Shown here: one piece after another, positions 42,570 to 52,720 of the stretch | How the letters are laid out: every line of letters begins with the position of its first letter | Numbering within the stretch: the first letter of the stretch is position 1 | Origin: an uncultured Solirubrobacterales bacterium | GTDB taxonomy: Bacteria; Actinomycetota; Thermoleophilia; Solirubrobacterales; Solirubrobacteraceae | Assembly: GCA_963697655.1 (NCBI GenBank) | Contig: CAVOOV010000014.1 | Location: 38,118 to 102,117 of the forward strand | DNA length: 64,000 nt | Direction: 5' to 3' | The notes under the pieces: generated by a model | The model's input: only the letters and a program-made list of their open reading frames with translations | Database searches by the model: none | What the model was told of the DNA's origin: nothing | Position numbers and translations under genes: made by a program

Positions 42570-42671
42570 AGGCGCCGCCGTCAGGCGCCGCCGCCAAATA
42601 CCAAGGCGCCGCCGCCAGGCGCCGCCGCCAAATCCCTGAGGCGCCGCCGTCAGGCGCCGCCGCCGAATCCA
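42570..42671. repeat. 34-35-bp tandem repeat x3, built from paired 13-mers AGGCGCCGCCGYC
   Basis: Units start at 42570, 42604 and 42639; the array ends just before the selD ATG. Confidence 0.88.
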
Positions 42672-42678
42672 ATTCATC

Positions 42679-43692
42679 ATGACCGCGGTCAAGCTCACGT
42701 CTCTGTCTCATGGCGCCGGCTGCGCCTGCAAGGTACCCGCGGCGCTGCTCGCGCCGCTGGTTGACGCGCTTCCTCGATCTGAGGATCCGAACCTGCTGGT
42801 CGGGACCTCGACCTCCGATGACGCCGGCGTCTACCGCGTGCGCGAGGACCTCGCGCTGGTCCAGACCGTGGACTTCTTCACCCCGATCGTCGACGACCCC
42901 TACGACTTCGGCCGGATCGCTGCCACCAACGCGCTGTCCGACGTCTACGCGATGGGTGGACGACCGGTGAGCGCGCTGAACCTGGTCGCGTGGTCGATCG
43001 AGGAGCTCGGCTCCGAGATGCTCGGCGAGGTGCTGCGCGGCGGTCACGACGTGGCCACCGCCGCCGGGGTGGTGATCGTCGGCGGTCATACGATCGACGA
43101 CCCCGAGCCCAAGTACGGGATGGCGGTTACCGGCTTGGTCAACCCGGACGAGGTGATCACGAACGCCGGCGGCCGGGCCGGAGACGTGCTGGTACTGACC
43201 AAGCCGGTTGGCGCAGGCGCGGTCACGACGTCTTTGAAGAAGGGACTGGCCTCCGAGGAGGTGCTGGCAGCGGCGGTCGAGGTGATGACCGAGCTGAACG
43301 AGCCCGGGTCGGCGGCGGCGCGGGCAGCCGGCGCTCGGGGGATGACCGACGTCACCGGGTTCGGCTTGCTCGGTCATCTGCACGAGCTGGCACTCGCGAG
43401 TGGCGTGGCCGCGGTCGTGGACGCGCCGGCGGTCCCGGCGATCCCGGGCGCGCTCGAGCTGCTCGAGGACGATCGGGCGGTCGCCGGCGGCAGCCGCAAC
43501 AACCGCCGGTACGCCGAGGAGTTCGCGTCGTTCGACGACGGCGTCGACGAGGTCCGGCGGCGGCTCGTGACCGACGCGATGACCTCCGGCGGCCTGCTCG
43601 TGGCGGTCGATCCGTCGAGGGCTGCCGAGGTCCCCGGAGCGGTCATCGGTCGGCTCGTGGAGGGCGAGCCGGGCACGATCACGGTGCTCTAG
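42679..43692 (+). CDS. selD: Selenide, water dikinase (Cys form)
   Basis: SHGAGCACK, QTVDFFTP, NALSDVYAMGG, TDVTGFGLLGH, TSGGLL. Confidence 0.97.
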   Translation: MTAVKLTSLSHGAGCACKVPAALLAPLVDALPRSEDPNLLVGTSTSDDAGVYRVREDLALVQTVDFFTPIVDDPYDFGRIAATNALSDVYAMGGRPVSALNLVAWSIEELGSEMLGEVLRGGHDVATAAGVVIVGGHTIDDPEPKYGMAVTGLVNPDEVITNAGGRAGDVLVLTKPVGAGAVTTSLKKGLASEEVLAAAVEVMTELNEPGSAAARAAGARGMTDVTGFGLLGHLHELALASGVAAVVDAPAVPAIPGALELLEDDRAVAGGSRNNRRYAEEFASFDDGVDEVRRRLVTDAMTSGGLLVAVDPSRAAEVPGAVIGRLVEGEPGTITVL

Positions 43693-44365
43693 ACGCTCGC
43701 TCCAGGGCCTCGCGCGAGGCGACCCCGAGCAGTCGCCCGTCCGGGGTTGTGACAATTGCGAAGCCCAAGTTCTTCTCCGCCAGCTGCTTGGCGATCCCGG
43801 CGGCGGACCGGTGCGGGCGCACCGTCGAAGGGCCGAGCTGCATGACGTCGCCGGCAGTGCCGTCGGACCCACGGTCGACGGCGCTTGCAGGCAGGCGGCC
43901 GAGCACGACGCCATCGGAACTGGTGACCACCGCGAACGGAAACGGCGAGCGCTCGATCGCCTCGAGCACGCCCGCCGCGCGGTCGGTCGTGGCACAGCGG
44001 ACAACCTCGTCGCGCATCGTGCTTCCCACGATGGGTGGATCGGGCTCCTCTCCCTCGACCTTCAGGCCGTGGGCGAGCCAGTCGACTTTGCCCGGCTCGT
44101 AGTCGTAAACGTCATCGAACCCGAGCATTTCGAGCCGGCACGCGGCTCGCGCACTGAGGTCTCAGAGCGAATCCCAGCAGTACACGACGACCGGGCGCTC
44201 CCGGTCGAGCACGGTCACGGTGTGCTGGTCGAGCTGCCGTAGCGGCAGGTTGCTCGCGCCGGGAAGATGCGCCGGGGCGTAGTCGTCCTCCGGCAGCACC
44301 TCGACCACCTGGGCGCCCCGGTCGATCAGCTCCTTGAGTTGTTCCAGCCAAATCCGGGTTGCCAT
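43679..44365 (-). CDS. Rhodanese-CBS protein, probable selenoprotein (TGA at 44162-44164)
   Basis: ORFs 44162..44365 and 43679..44128 are one frame: VVYCWDSL-U-DLSARAACRLEMLGF; hairpin follows the TGA. Confidence 0.8.
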
Positions 44366-44372
44366 GAGGGTG

Positions 44373-44867
44373 TCACGGTAGCTGAGCGATGGCGTCCGCG
44401 AGGACCTCGCGCGTGGCCTCGAGCGCTTGCGGGATCACGTGCGTGTCGGCGAGCAGAGGCATGAAGTTGGTGTCGCCGTTCCAACGCGGGACCACGTGCA
44501 GATGCAGGTGATCGGCGATCCCGGCGCCGGCGATCTTGCCGAGGTTCAGACCGACGTTGAAGCCGTCGGGACTCATCGCCTTGCGGATAGCGAGGATCGA
44601 ACGACGCGCCAGCCGCATCGTGTCGAGCATCTCCTGCTCGTTCAGCTCCTCGAACGCGCCGATGTGGCGCACCGGAGCGACCATCACGTGACCGGGTGCG
44701 TACGGGTACGCGTTCAGGATCGTGATGCAGTGCTCGGTGCGATCGATCGGCGCGTGCGCCGGGTCATTGTTCAGCGATGACGCGGCGGCACAGAAGATGC
44801 ACTCGCCGTCCTTGGGGCCGGTGATGTACTCGATGCGCCACGGTGCCCACAACGGCCGCTCGGTCAT
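44373..44867 (-). CDS. HIT-family hydrolase (Ap4A phosphorylase-like)
   Basis: LWAPWR, CIFC, NAYPY, HLHLHVVPRW. Confidence 0.93.
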   Translation of the reverse strand: MTERPLWAPWRIEYITGPKDGECIFCAAASSLNNDPAHAPIDRTEHCITILNAYPYAPGHVMVAPVRHIGAFEELNEQEMLDTMRLARRSILAIRKAMSPDGFNVGLNLGKIAGAGIADHLHLHVVPRWNGDTNFMPLLADTHVIPQALEATREVLADAIAQLP

Positions 44868-44909
44868 GACCGGGCAGCGTACCTGCGCGCGGCGTGGGAG
44901 CCTTCCGTC

Positions 44910-45479
44910 GTGTTCCACGTCGAGCTGCGCCAGTTCCCGCACCAGACGCGCGCATTCAACCTCACCCGGGAGGAGCTCGACGAGCGGATCCTCGAGCCCT
45001 GGATCGCGCGCGAGCCCGTCGAGCTCAACGAATACAAGTGGCTCCCGGACCGGGCGACGCTGACGGTGTACGAGGGGCCGCCGCTCGGGCTCGGCGACAT
45101 GGGGCTCGGGCGGGGGTGGCAGAACGTGACGCGCACCGGGAAGGAAGTGACCGCGATCGTACTCGCGGAGTTGCAGGCTTCGGGAGGCGAGCTCCCGACC
45201 GCTGACGACTTCAAGGCCGAGATCGCCGCGCGCTCCGCGGCCGGCGCGATTGCGATCTCCGGCCTCGTGGAGCTGGCGGCCGAGTGGTATCCGCAATCCC
45301 GCGTGAGCGAGCGGATCGCGCTGTGCGAGGGGGTCGTATGGGAGTTGCTGCACTCCGTCCCGGTCACGTTGACGCGCCGGGGCGACCCCGTGCCGACGTA
45401 TGAGTGGCAGCCGCTGCTGCTCACATGGTCCACGTGGACCGACGACGGCCCTGACGCGGTGTCGCTCGGACCGCTTTGA
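44910..45479 (+). CDS. Hypothetical protein
   Basis: Protein-like ORF with coding codon bias. Confidence 0.7.
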   Translation: MFHVELRQFPHQTRAFNLTREELDERILEPWIAREPVELNEYKWLPDRATLTVYEGPPLGLGDMGLGRGWQNVTRTGKEVTAIVLAELQASGGELPTADDFKAEIAARSAAGAIAISGLVELAAEWYPQSRVSERIALCEGVVWELLHSVPVTLTRRGDPVPTYEWQPLLLTWSTWTDDGPDAVSLGPL

Positions 45480-45487
45480 GCGCCGGG

Positions 45488-46633
45488 CTACGCGACGAGG
45501 TCGTCGATCAGCCGCTCGCGCTCGGCCTGCGAGGCGAACAGGTAGCGGTGGACGCGCGTAAGCCCCTCGATGTCGTGGACGTCGTCGTCGAGCTGGGGCA
45601 CGAGCAGGACTCGGCTGTCGTCGAGCTCCTCCGTCAGCCGCGCGAGGTTGTGGCCGTCGCGCGACGCGAGCACGTGGTAGTCGCGGAAGTTCTCCGCGAC
45701 CCGGCCCGCGAGCGACGGAGTCAGCGTCCTGGCCAGCGCCGCGCTGAGCTCACGCGGCTCGCGATCGCCGAGCAGGTCGTGGTGGACGCGGTTGACGATC
45801 ACGCCGGCGAACGGCAGGCCGTCGGTCGCGAGTCGCTCGCCGAACCAGATCGCCTCGTCGACCGATTCGCGCGCGGCCGAGGTGACGAGCACGAACGCGG
45901 TCGTGTCCGCGCGGAGCAGCTGCTCGACCTGGGCGGCGCGCTGGCTGAAGTCGCCGGTCATGTCGCCTAGCAGTCCGAAGAACACCGAAAGGTCGGTGAT
46001 CAGGTCGATCCCGGTGATCCGGCGAAGGCCGCCGAGCAGCGGCAGCGCGCCGCGGCCGAGGGTGCGGAAGCCGAAGCCGGTGGGCTTCATGAATGCCTTC
46101 AACGCGCGGCCCTCGAGGAACGAGTTGATCCGGTTGGGGGCGTCGAGAAAGTCGAGCGCGTTGCGTGACGGCGGCGTGTCGAGCACGAGCAGGTCGAACT
46201 CGTGCTCCTGGTCGAGCTCGTAGAGCTTGGCGATTGCGGTGAGCTCCTGCGAGCCGGAGACCGCGGTCGACAGCTCGCGATACACGCGATTGGCCTTGAT
46301 CTCCTCGGCCCGGTCGGGATCAGGCGCGATCCGGTCGATCAGCTCGTCGAACGTCCGCTTGGGGTCGAGCATCATCGCCCACAGCTCGCCCTGCACCTCG
46401 AGCGGGCCGGTGGCGAGCCGGGCGGGCTCCACGCGGCGGGGCTCGTTCTCGAGCTGCTCTAGACCAAGCGCGTCGGCCAGGCGGTTGGCGGGGTCGATCG
46501 TCACGACCGCGACCTTGGCGCCGCGCGCCGCCATCCCGAGCGCGATCGAAGCCGACGTGGTGGTCTTGCCGACCCCACCAGAGCCCGCACACACGCATAC
46601 GCGCTTACCCTCGAGCATCTCGGCCACGTTCAC
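45488..46633 (-). CDS. ArsA/Get3-related P-loop ATPase
   Basis: GSGGVGKTT, TIDPA, DTPP. Confidence 0.92.
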   Translation of the reverse strand: MNVAEMLEGKRVCVCAGSGGVGKTTTSASIALGMAARGAKVAVVTIDPANRLADALGLEQLENEPRRVEPARLATGPLEVQGELWAMMLDPKRTFDELIDRIAPDPDRAEEIKANRVYRELSTAVSGSQELTAIAKLYELDQEHEFDLLVLDTPPSRNALDFLDAPNRINSFLEGRALKAFMKPTGFGFRTLGRGALPLLGGLRRITGIDLITDLSVFFGLLGDMTGDFSQRAAQVEQLLRADTTAFVLVTSAARESVDEAIWFGERLATDGLPFAGVIVNRVHHDLLGDREPRELSAALARTLTPSLAGRVAENFRDYHVLASRDGHNLARLTEELDDSRVLLVPQLDDDVHDIEGLTRVHRYLFASQAERERLIDDLVA

Positions 46634-47553
46634 AGCAATGCCTCCAGGGCCTCCGCCAATTGCCCCAGCTCGGGCAGCCCGAGATGGTCGGTGAACACAT
46701 ACGGGAGCTCGACGAGGCGGCCGTCCACGCGCTCGCGGAGCCGGTCGCGCTGCTCGCGCTGGGTGGCCGCGCGGGCGTGCTCCGACAGCGCGGCTCTGAG
46801 TGCGGACCGGGCCAGCGCAGAGCGTGTCCTCGACAGCGCCGCGGTCAGCTCGGCGATCTCCGGCTCCTCGAACCGCGCCGGATAGAGCGCGTTGACGATC
46901 ACGAGGTCGAGCGCGAGCTCGTCCCGGCCGAGCTCGTCGGCGAGCGCGAGCGTCTCGTTGACCGGCATCTCCTCGGGCGTCGCGACCGCGATCACGCCGG
47001 TGAACTCGCGATCGGCGATCGTGTCGGCGATCGTGCGGCCCTGATGGGCGATCGGCCCCACGCGGGCGATGTCAGCGAACGTCTTGGGGGTGCGCAGCAG
47101 CCCGACGCCGTGTCCGGTCGCCGGCGCGTCGACGATCACCAGGTCGTACGGAGCGGCGCCGCGGGTCCGGCGATCGAGCTGCGCGAGCTCCCACACCTTG
47201 CCGATGCTGAGCAGCTCGCGCATCCCGGGCGTGGCCATCGCGAACGCCTGGAACAGCCGGCTCGAGCCGAGCGCCTGTCCGAGCGTGCCTGCCTTGACCC
47301 GCAGGTACTCCTCCATCGCCTGCTGGGGATCGATCGAGATCGTGAACAGCCCCGGCTCGAGCTCCATCTCGCGGAACTGCTCGCGCTCGGCGTCGTACAG
47401 CCCCTGGATCCGGTCCTGGCTGGCGAGCTGGGCGACGATCGTCCGCAGTCCCTGGCGGGCCGCGAGCAGGCCGAGCGCGATCGCGACGGTGGACTTGCCG
47501 ACGCCGCCCTTGCCGGTGACAAACACGAGGCGCTTCTCCAGAAGTGCGGGCAC
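46630..47553 (-). CDS. ArsA/Get3-related P-loop ATPase (partner subunit)
   Basis: TGKGGVGKST, DAPATGH, PEEMPVNE. Confidence 0.92.
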   Translation of the reverse strand: MPALLEKRLVFVTGKGGVGKSTVAIALGLLAARQGLRTIVAQLASQDRIQGLYDAEREQFREMELEPGLFTISIDPQQAMEEYLRVKAGTLGQALGSSRLFQAFAMATPGMRELLSIGKVWELAQLDRRTRGAAPYDLVIVDAPATGHGVGLLRTPKTFADIARVGPIAHQGRTIADTIADREFTGVIAVATPEEMPVNETLALADELGRDELALDLVIVNALYPARFEEPEIAELTAALSRTRSALARSALRAALSEHARAATQREQRDRLRERVDGRLVELPYVFTDHLGLPELGQLAEALEALL

Positions 47554-47619
47554 CGCACTCGAAAATAGCGGGGCGACCCGAGAGGATTCCGCTCGGCTTC
47601 TACGAATACTCCGGTCGAT

Positions 47620-48378
47620 ATGAGCCACGTGATCGCGTTCGCCAACCAGAAGGGTGGCGTCGCCAAGACCACGACGACGCTCAACCTCGCTGTGGCGTTC
47701 GCCGAGGAGGGGCATCGGGTCCTGTGCGTCGACATGGATCCCCAGGGCAATCTGACGATGTCTCAGGGGATCGATCCGGACACGCTAGAAAAATCGATGT
47801 ATGACGTGCTGGTGCATCACATCTCGATCCGCGAGGTGATCCGCAAGCGCGAGGTCGACATCGCCTGTTCGTCGATCGACCTGGCTGGGGCGGAGATCGC
47901 GATGTCGACGATGATCGGTCGCGAGCGGTCGCTGCAGAAGGCGCTCAAGCCGGTCGACGACGACTACGACTTCGTGTTCATCGACACGCCGCCGAGCCTC
48001 GGGCTGCTGACGATCAACGCGCTGACGGCCGCGCACAAGGTGATCGTCCCCGTGCAATGCGAATATCTGTCGATGCGCGGCCTGATCCAGCTGCAGAACA
48101 CGCTGGCGATGATCCGCGAGAACCTGAACCCGGACGTCGACATCGAGGGGATCCTGCCGACGCTCGTCGACACTCGCACGTTGCACGCCAGGGAGGCGAT
48201 CGAGCTGCTGGAAGAGAACTTCGGGGATCAAGTATTCGCATCGCGGATCCGCAAGACGATCCGCTTCGCCGAGGCTCCGGTGAGAGGGATGTCGGTCCTG
48301 AAGTACGATCCCGACGGTCTGGCCGCACACGCCTACCGGCAGCTCGCGAAGGAGGTCCTGTCCAATGCCAAGCGCTAA
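47620..48378 (+). CDS. parA: ParA/Soj family ATPase
   Basis: NQKGGVAKTT, DMDPQGN, DTPPSLG, PVQCEY, EAP. Confidence 0.93.
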   Translation: MSHVIAFANQKGGVAKTTTTLNLAVAFAEEGHRVLCVDMDPQGNLTMSQGIDPDTLEKSMYDVLVHHISIREVIRKREVDIACSSIDLAGAEIAMSTMIGRERSLQKALKPVDDDYDFVFIDTPPSLGLLTINALTAAHKVIVPVQCEYLSMRGLIQLQNTLAMIRENLNPDVDIEGILPTLVDTRTLHAREAIELLEENFGDQVFASRIRKTIRFAEAPVRGMSVLKYDPDGLAAHAYRQLAKEVLSNAKR

Positions 48379-49810
48379 GCGCGCGAGTATGCGCGAGGGA
48401 CCACTCGCGGCGCTGTTCCGGAAGACCGCCCAGGACGTCGACGACACGCGCGATGCGGAGGGGCGCCCTGCCGCGGCGCCGACCGCGGATGATCCCGCAG
48501 CGAGCGAGCGCCCGGCGGTGCCGGCGGAGCCCGAGGTCGACGAAGAGCCGAGGATCCCGCTCCCGCACGAGCGCCTGCGCCATGCGTTCTCCGCCGACAT
48601 CCCCGACAACGTGCTCGAGCGCCCGGCGCCCGGCGGGCCGACCGCGCCCGAGCCCGCTCACGACGTCTACGCACGAGTGACGCGCGACGAGGGCGCCACC
48701 GGCAGGCCTGCCGGCGGGCCGGTGATACGGGTCGTCGGCGTCGGCGGCGCCGGCGTCAACGCGATCAACCGGATGGTCGAGGCTGAGATCGAGGGCGTCG
48801 AGTTCCTGGCCGTCAACACTGATCTTCAATCGCTTCAGCAGTCGGCCGCCCACGAGACGCTCCACATCGGCGACTCGATCACGCACGGGCTCGGCTCGGG
48901 GTCCAACCCCGAGCTCGGGCGGGCCGCGGCGCGCGAGGAGTACGACCGGCTCAAGGCGATGCTGCGCGGCTCGGACATGGTGTTCATCGCCGCCGGCGCC
49001 GGTGGCGGCACCGGCACGGGTGCCGCGCCGATCGTGGCCCAAATTGCCCGCGAGCTCGGCGCGCTCACCGTCGGGATCGTCACGCGGCCGTTCCAGTTCG
49101 AGGGCACGCGCCGGCGCGATCAGGCCGAGGTCGGCATCGCCGAGCTCGCTGATGAGGTCGACACACTGATCGTCGTCCCCAACAACCGGCTGCTGTCGGT
49201 GCTCGAGCGCAATGTCTCGATGGTCGAGGCGTTCCGGGTTGCCGACGACGTGCTCCGCCAGGGCGTCCAGGGGATCTCGGACCTGGTGACGCTGCCCGGG
49301 CTGATCAACCTCGACTTCGCCGACGTGCGCACGATCATGTCCGGCGCCGGCACGGCGCTGCTCGGAATCGGGATGGGCACCGGCGACCGGCGCGCGATCG
49401 AGGCGGCCGAGCGGGCCGTGTCCTCGCCTCTGCTTGAGACGAGCATGGAGGGCGCGCGCTCGATCCTGCTGTCGATCACCGGCGGACCGGACCTGTCGCT
49501 GTGGGAGGTCAACGAGTCGGCCAAGGCCGTGGCCGAGGCCGCGCACCCGGACGCCAACATCATCTTCGGGGCAATGGTCGACGAGAAGCTCGCCGATCAC
49601 GTCTGGGTGACGGTGATCGCCACCGGCTACGGGGACGGACGGACCCGCCCGCGCGATCTGAGCCGCGAGGGTGCGCGCTCGGACGAGCGCGCCGCCCGCG
49701 ACCGCGGTCAGACCCTGCGCGAGCCGGCCGGCGAGCCACGCGTCAGCCGCGTGCGGCAGCGCAGTGGTTCATTCGACCTCGACGTCCCTGAGTTCATCCC
49801 TCGTAGATAG
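48365..49810 (+). CDS. ftsZ: Cell division protein FtsZ with a ~115-aa N-terminal extension
   Basis: VGVGGAGVNA, GGGTGTG, NLDFAD, C-terminal DLDVPEF. Confidence 0.95.
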   Translation: MPSAKRASMREGPLAALFRKTAQDVDDTRDAEGRPAAAPTADDPAASERPAVPAEPEVDEEPRIPLPHERLRHAFSADIPDNVLERPAPGGPTAPEPAHDVYARVTRDEGATGRPAGGPVIRVVGVGGAGVNAINRMVEAEIEGVEFLAVNTDLQSLQQSAAHETLHIGDSITHGLGSGSNPELGRAAAREEYDRLKAMLRGSDMVFIAAGAGGGTGTGAAPIVAQIARELGALTVGIVTRPFQFEGTRRRDQAEVGIAELADEVDTLIVVPNNRLLSVLERNVSMVEAFRVADDVLRQGVQGISDLVTLPGLINLDFADVRTIMSGAGTALLGIGMGTGDRRAIEAAERAVSSPLLETSMEGARSILLSITGGPDLSLWEVNESAKAVAEAAHPDANIIFGAMVDEKLADHVWVTVIATGYGDGRTRPRDLSREGARSDERAARDRGQTLREPAGEPRVSRVRQRSGSFDLDVPEFIPRR

Positions 49811-49822
49811 GACCGGCCGGTT

Positions 49823-51328
49823 TTGACGGCCGAGCCGCTCGGCGTCATCGCCGCCGGCCATCCGGTGTGCGCCCGCGTCGGCGCTGAGGCCATACGCAGC
49901 GGCGGCAACGCGGTCGATGGCGCGCTCGCGGCGATGCTCGCGTCTTTTGCCTGCGAGCCGCTGTTGACGAGCCTCGGCGCAGGCGGCCACATGCTCGTGG
50001 TCGAGCCCGGGAAAGAGCCGGTCCTGCTCGACTTCTTCGTCGAGGCGCCGGGGCGCGGCGCCGACCGGGGTGGGCTGGCGACGCTCGTCCCGGTCAGCGT
50101 GTCGTTCGGCGACGCGATCCAGGTGTTCAACATCGGACCCGCATCGGTCGGGACGTACGGGATGCCGGCGGGTGTGTGCGAGGCGTCCTTGCGGTTCGGG
50201 CGGATGCCGCTCGCCGAGCTGGTCAGGCCGGCGGCGAAGCTCGCCCGCGACGGTGTCGAGCTCAACGGGCCGCAGGCCTACGTGATCGAGATCCTGGCCG
50301 GGATCGTGACCTCGACGCCCGAGTGCGCCGCGCTGTTCGCGCCCGACGGACGGGTCGTGCGAGTCGGCGACGTCGTCCGCCAGCCGGACCTCGCCGATGC
50401 GCTCGAGCGGCTGGGCGCGGAGGGGGCGGCGCCGTTCTACTCGGGCGACGTGGCGGCGGCGATCGTCGACTGGCTCACCGAGCGCGGGGGCATGGTGACG
50501 GCCGAGGATCTCGCCGCCTATGAGGTCGTGTCCAGGACCCCGATCCGGGTGTCGTATCGTGGGCGAGAGGTGGTCACGAACCCACCTCCTTCGGCCGGCG
50601 GGATCCTCCTCGCCCACGCGCTCGCGCTGCTTGGTGCGGAAACGAGCCCCACCCACCCGCCTGAGGTGAAGCAGGTCGTAGACGCGATGGAGCGGACGCA
50701 GTCCGAGCGCACGCCCGAGTTCCTCGACGGGCTCGGCGACCCGGAGTTCGTCAAGCGGTTCCTGGCCCGCCGCTCCCCGCTCGGGTCGACCACGCATGTC
50801 GCGGTGCTCGACCGCGAGGGCTGGGCGTGCTCGGTAACGTGCTCGAACGGGTCGTGCTCGGGTGTCGTGGTGCCCCGCACCGGCGTGCACCTGAACAACA
50901 TGCTCGGCGAGCAGGATCTCAACCCGCTCGGCTTTCACCGCCACCCGCCCGGGCGACGGATGCCGAGCATGATGTCGCCGACCGTCGTGCTCCGCGATGG
51001 GGAGCCCGAACTGGTGCTGGGAAGCGCCGGCTCGAACCGGATCCGCTCGGCGATCCTGCAAACGATCATCCGCGTGATCGACGACGGCATGGAGGCGGGC
51101 GACGCCGTCCGGGCGCCGCGAGTTCACTTCGAGGACGGCGTCGTGTACGCCGAGCCCGGGATCGACACCGGCGCGCTCGAGCGCGCCGGCCGGGTGATCC
51201 GCGCCTTCAGGGAGATCAACCTGTTCTTCGGCGGCGTGCAGGCCGCCGCGCGCGAGGAGAACGGCCGGTTCTCCGGCGGGGGAGATCCGCGGCGTGGCGG
51301 CGCGGCGCTGGTAGTTGGCGCTGAATGA
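49823..51328 (+). CDS. Gamma-glutamyltransferase family protein
   Basis: GGNAVD, GSTTHVAV nucleophile site, SMMSPT, DPRRGG. Confidence 0.92.
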   Translation: MTAEPLGVIAAGHPVCARVGAEAIRSGGNAVDGALAAMLASFACEPLLTSLGAGGHMLVVEPGKEPVLLDFFVEAPGRGADRGGLATLVPVSVSFGDAIQVFNIGPASVGTYGMPAGVCEASLRFGRMPLAELVRPAAKLARDGVELNGPQAYVIEILAGIVTSTPECAALFAPDGRVVRVGDVVRQPDLADALERLGAEGAAPFYSGDVAAAIVDWLTERGGMVTAEDLAAYEVVSRTPIRVSYRGREVVTNPPPSAGGILLAHALALLGAETSPTHPPEVKQVVDAMERTQSERTPEFLDGLGDPEFVKRFLARRSPLGSTTHVAVLDREGWACSVTCSNGSCSGVVVPRTGVHLNNMLGEQDLNPLGFHRHPPGRRMPSMMSPTVVLRDGEPELVLGSAGSNRIRSAILQTIIRVIDDGMEAGDAVRAPRVHFEDGVVYAEPGIDTGALERAGRVIRAFREINLFFGGVQAAAREENGRFSGGGDPRRGGAALVVGAE

Positions 51329-51738
51329 GAGCGCGTACGGCCGCCGCCATCGTGGTCTGCGCCGTGCTCGTGGCGGGCTGCGGCTTTGAGGTGGAGGAGC
51401 CCGACCTGTTCCTGGTGACGCGCACCGGCGCCCGCGGTCAAAAGCTGACGCTGCTCGTGAACGACGGCGGGACGATCTCGTGCAATGGCGGCAAGCCGAA
51501 GAACCTCCCCGACCCCGAGCTGCTGCAGGCCCGCGATCTCGCGATGAGTCTCAACACCGATGTGAGCAACAAGCTGCGATTCCCTGAAAGCGCGCGGAGT
51601 GTTTACTCGTATACGGTGAAAGTGCAGAACGGCACGATGTCTTTTCCGGACACAGCAGCGCTTTCGCACAAGGAATTGTCGGATTTGGAGTTGTTTGTAG
51701 TACAGGCGGCCGCGAATCCGTGCGGTCTTCCTTCTTGA
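51325..51738 (+). CDS. Hypothetical lipoprotein
   Basis: Lipobox VAGC. Confidence 0.75.
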   Translation: MRARTAAAIVVCAVLVAGCGFEVEEPDLFLVTRTGARGQKLTLLVNDGGTISCNGGKPKNLPDPELLQARDLAMSLNTDVSNKLRFPESARSVYSYTVKVQNGTMSFPDTAALSHKELSDLELFVVQAAANPCGLPS

Positions 51739-51822
51739 GGATCCTCTTAGCGCCTTAGCCGTTGGTTATGCGGGCCGCTACCGTCCACGCTCGTGATCAA
51801 CGTCGCTGCAACCACAGTTCAC

Positions 51823-52701
51823 ATGACGACCTTCCAGGCGATCGTCCTGGGGGTTCTCCAGGGTGTCACCGAGCTGTTCCCGATCTCCAGCCTGGGTCAC
51901 ACGGTCATATTCCCGAACCTGTTCGGCTGGAGCAACATCGTCGCCTGGCAGTCCGAGCCCGAATCGCCCTGGCTGGCGTTCGTGGTCATGCTGCACGTCG
52001 GAAGCGCGGTCGGGCTCTTGATCTACTTCTGGAAAACGTGGATGGAGGTCATCGGCGCGTTCTTCGCGACGCTTCGCAAGCGCCGGATCGACACGTCGAC
52101 CGAGCGGCTGGCGTGGCTGATCATCTTCGCGACGATCCCCGTAGGCCTCCTCGGGCTGCTCCTCGAGCATCCGATCCGCGTCGCGCTGGCCAAGCCGCTG
52201 GCGGCGTCCATCTTCCTCGTGGTCAACGGCTTCATTCTGCTCGGCGCCGAGCGATTCCGAAGACGCGCCGAAGTCCGCGCGCTTGCTGCCCGCGAAGGGA
52301 TGAAGCGCGACGGCGGCCGGCGGCTCGAGACACTCGAATACAAGGAGGCTGGGGTGATCGGGTTCGCTCAGAGCTTCGCCCTGATCGCAGGCCTCAGTCG
52401 CGACGGCCTGTGTATGGCGACCGGACTCGTGCGCGGCCTCGACAACGAGGACGCGGCCCGGTTCGCGTTCCTGCTGGCGACACCGCCGATCCTCGCGGCC
52501 GGCCTGTTCAAGTTCGGCGATCTGACCGGGTCGCTCGGCGCCGGCATCCGCGGCGATGCGGTTATCGCTGCTGTGGCCGCGGCCATCACCGCGATCTTCA
52601 CCGTGCACTACCTCACGAGGTACTTCAAGACGCGGACGCTGACGCCGTTCGGCATCTACTGCGTCGTCTTCGGGGCGGCGATGGTGATCTACAACGCGTG
52701 A
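51823..52701 (+). CDS. uppP: Undecaprenyl-diphosphatase
   Basis: QGVTELFPISSLGH, GLSR.G, AARFAFLL. Confidence 0.93.
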   Translation: MTTFQAIVLGVLQGVTELFPISSLGHTVIFPNLFGWSNIVAWQSEPESPWLAFVVMLHVGSAVGLLIYFWKTWMEVIGAFFATLRKRRIDTSTERLAWLIIFATIPVGLLGLLLEHPIRVALAKPLAASIFLVVNGFILLGAERFRRRAEVRALAAREGMKRDGGRRLETLEYKEAGVIGFAQSFALIAGLSRDGLCMATGLVRGLDNEDAARFAFLLATPPILAAGLFKFGDLTGSLGAGIRGDAVIAAVAAAITAIFTVHYLTRYFKTRTLTPFGIYCVVFGAAMVIYNA

Positions 52702-52720
52702 CGCGACCGCGCTCGGCCGC

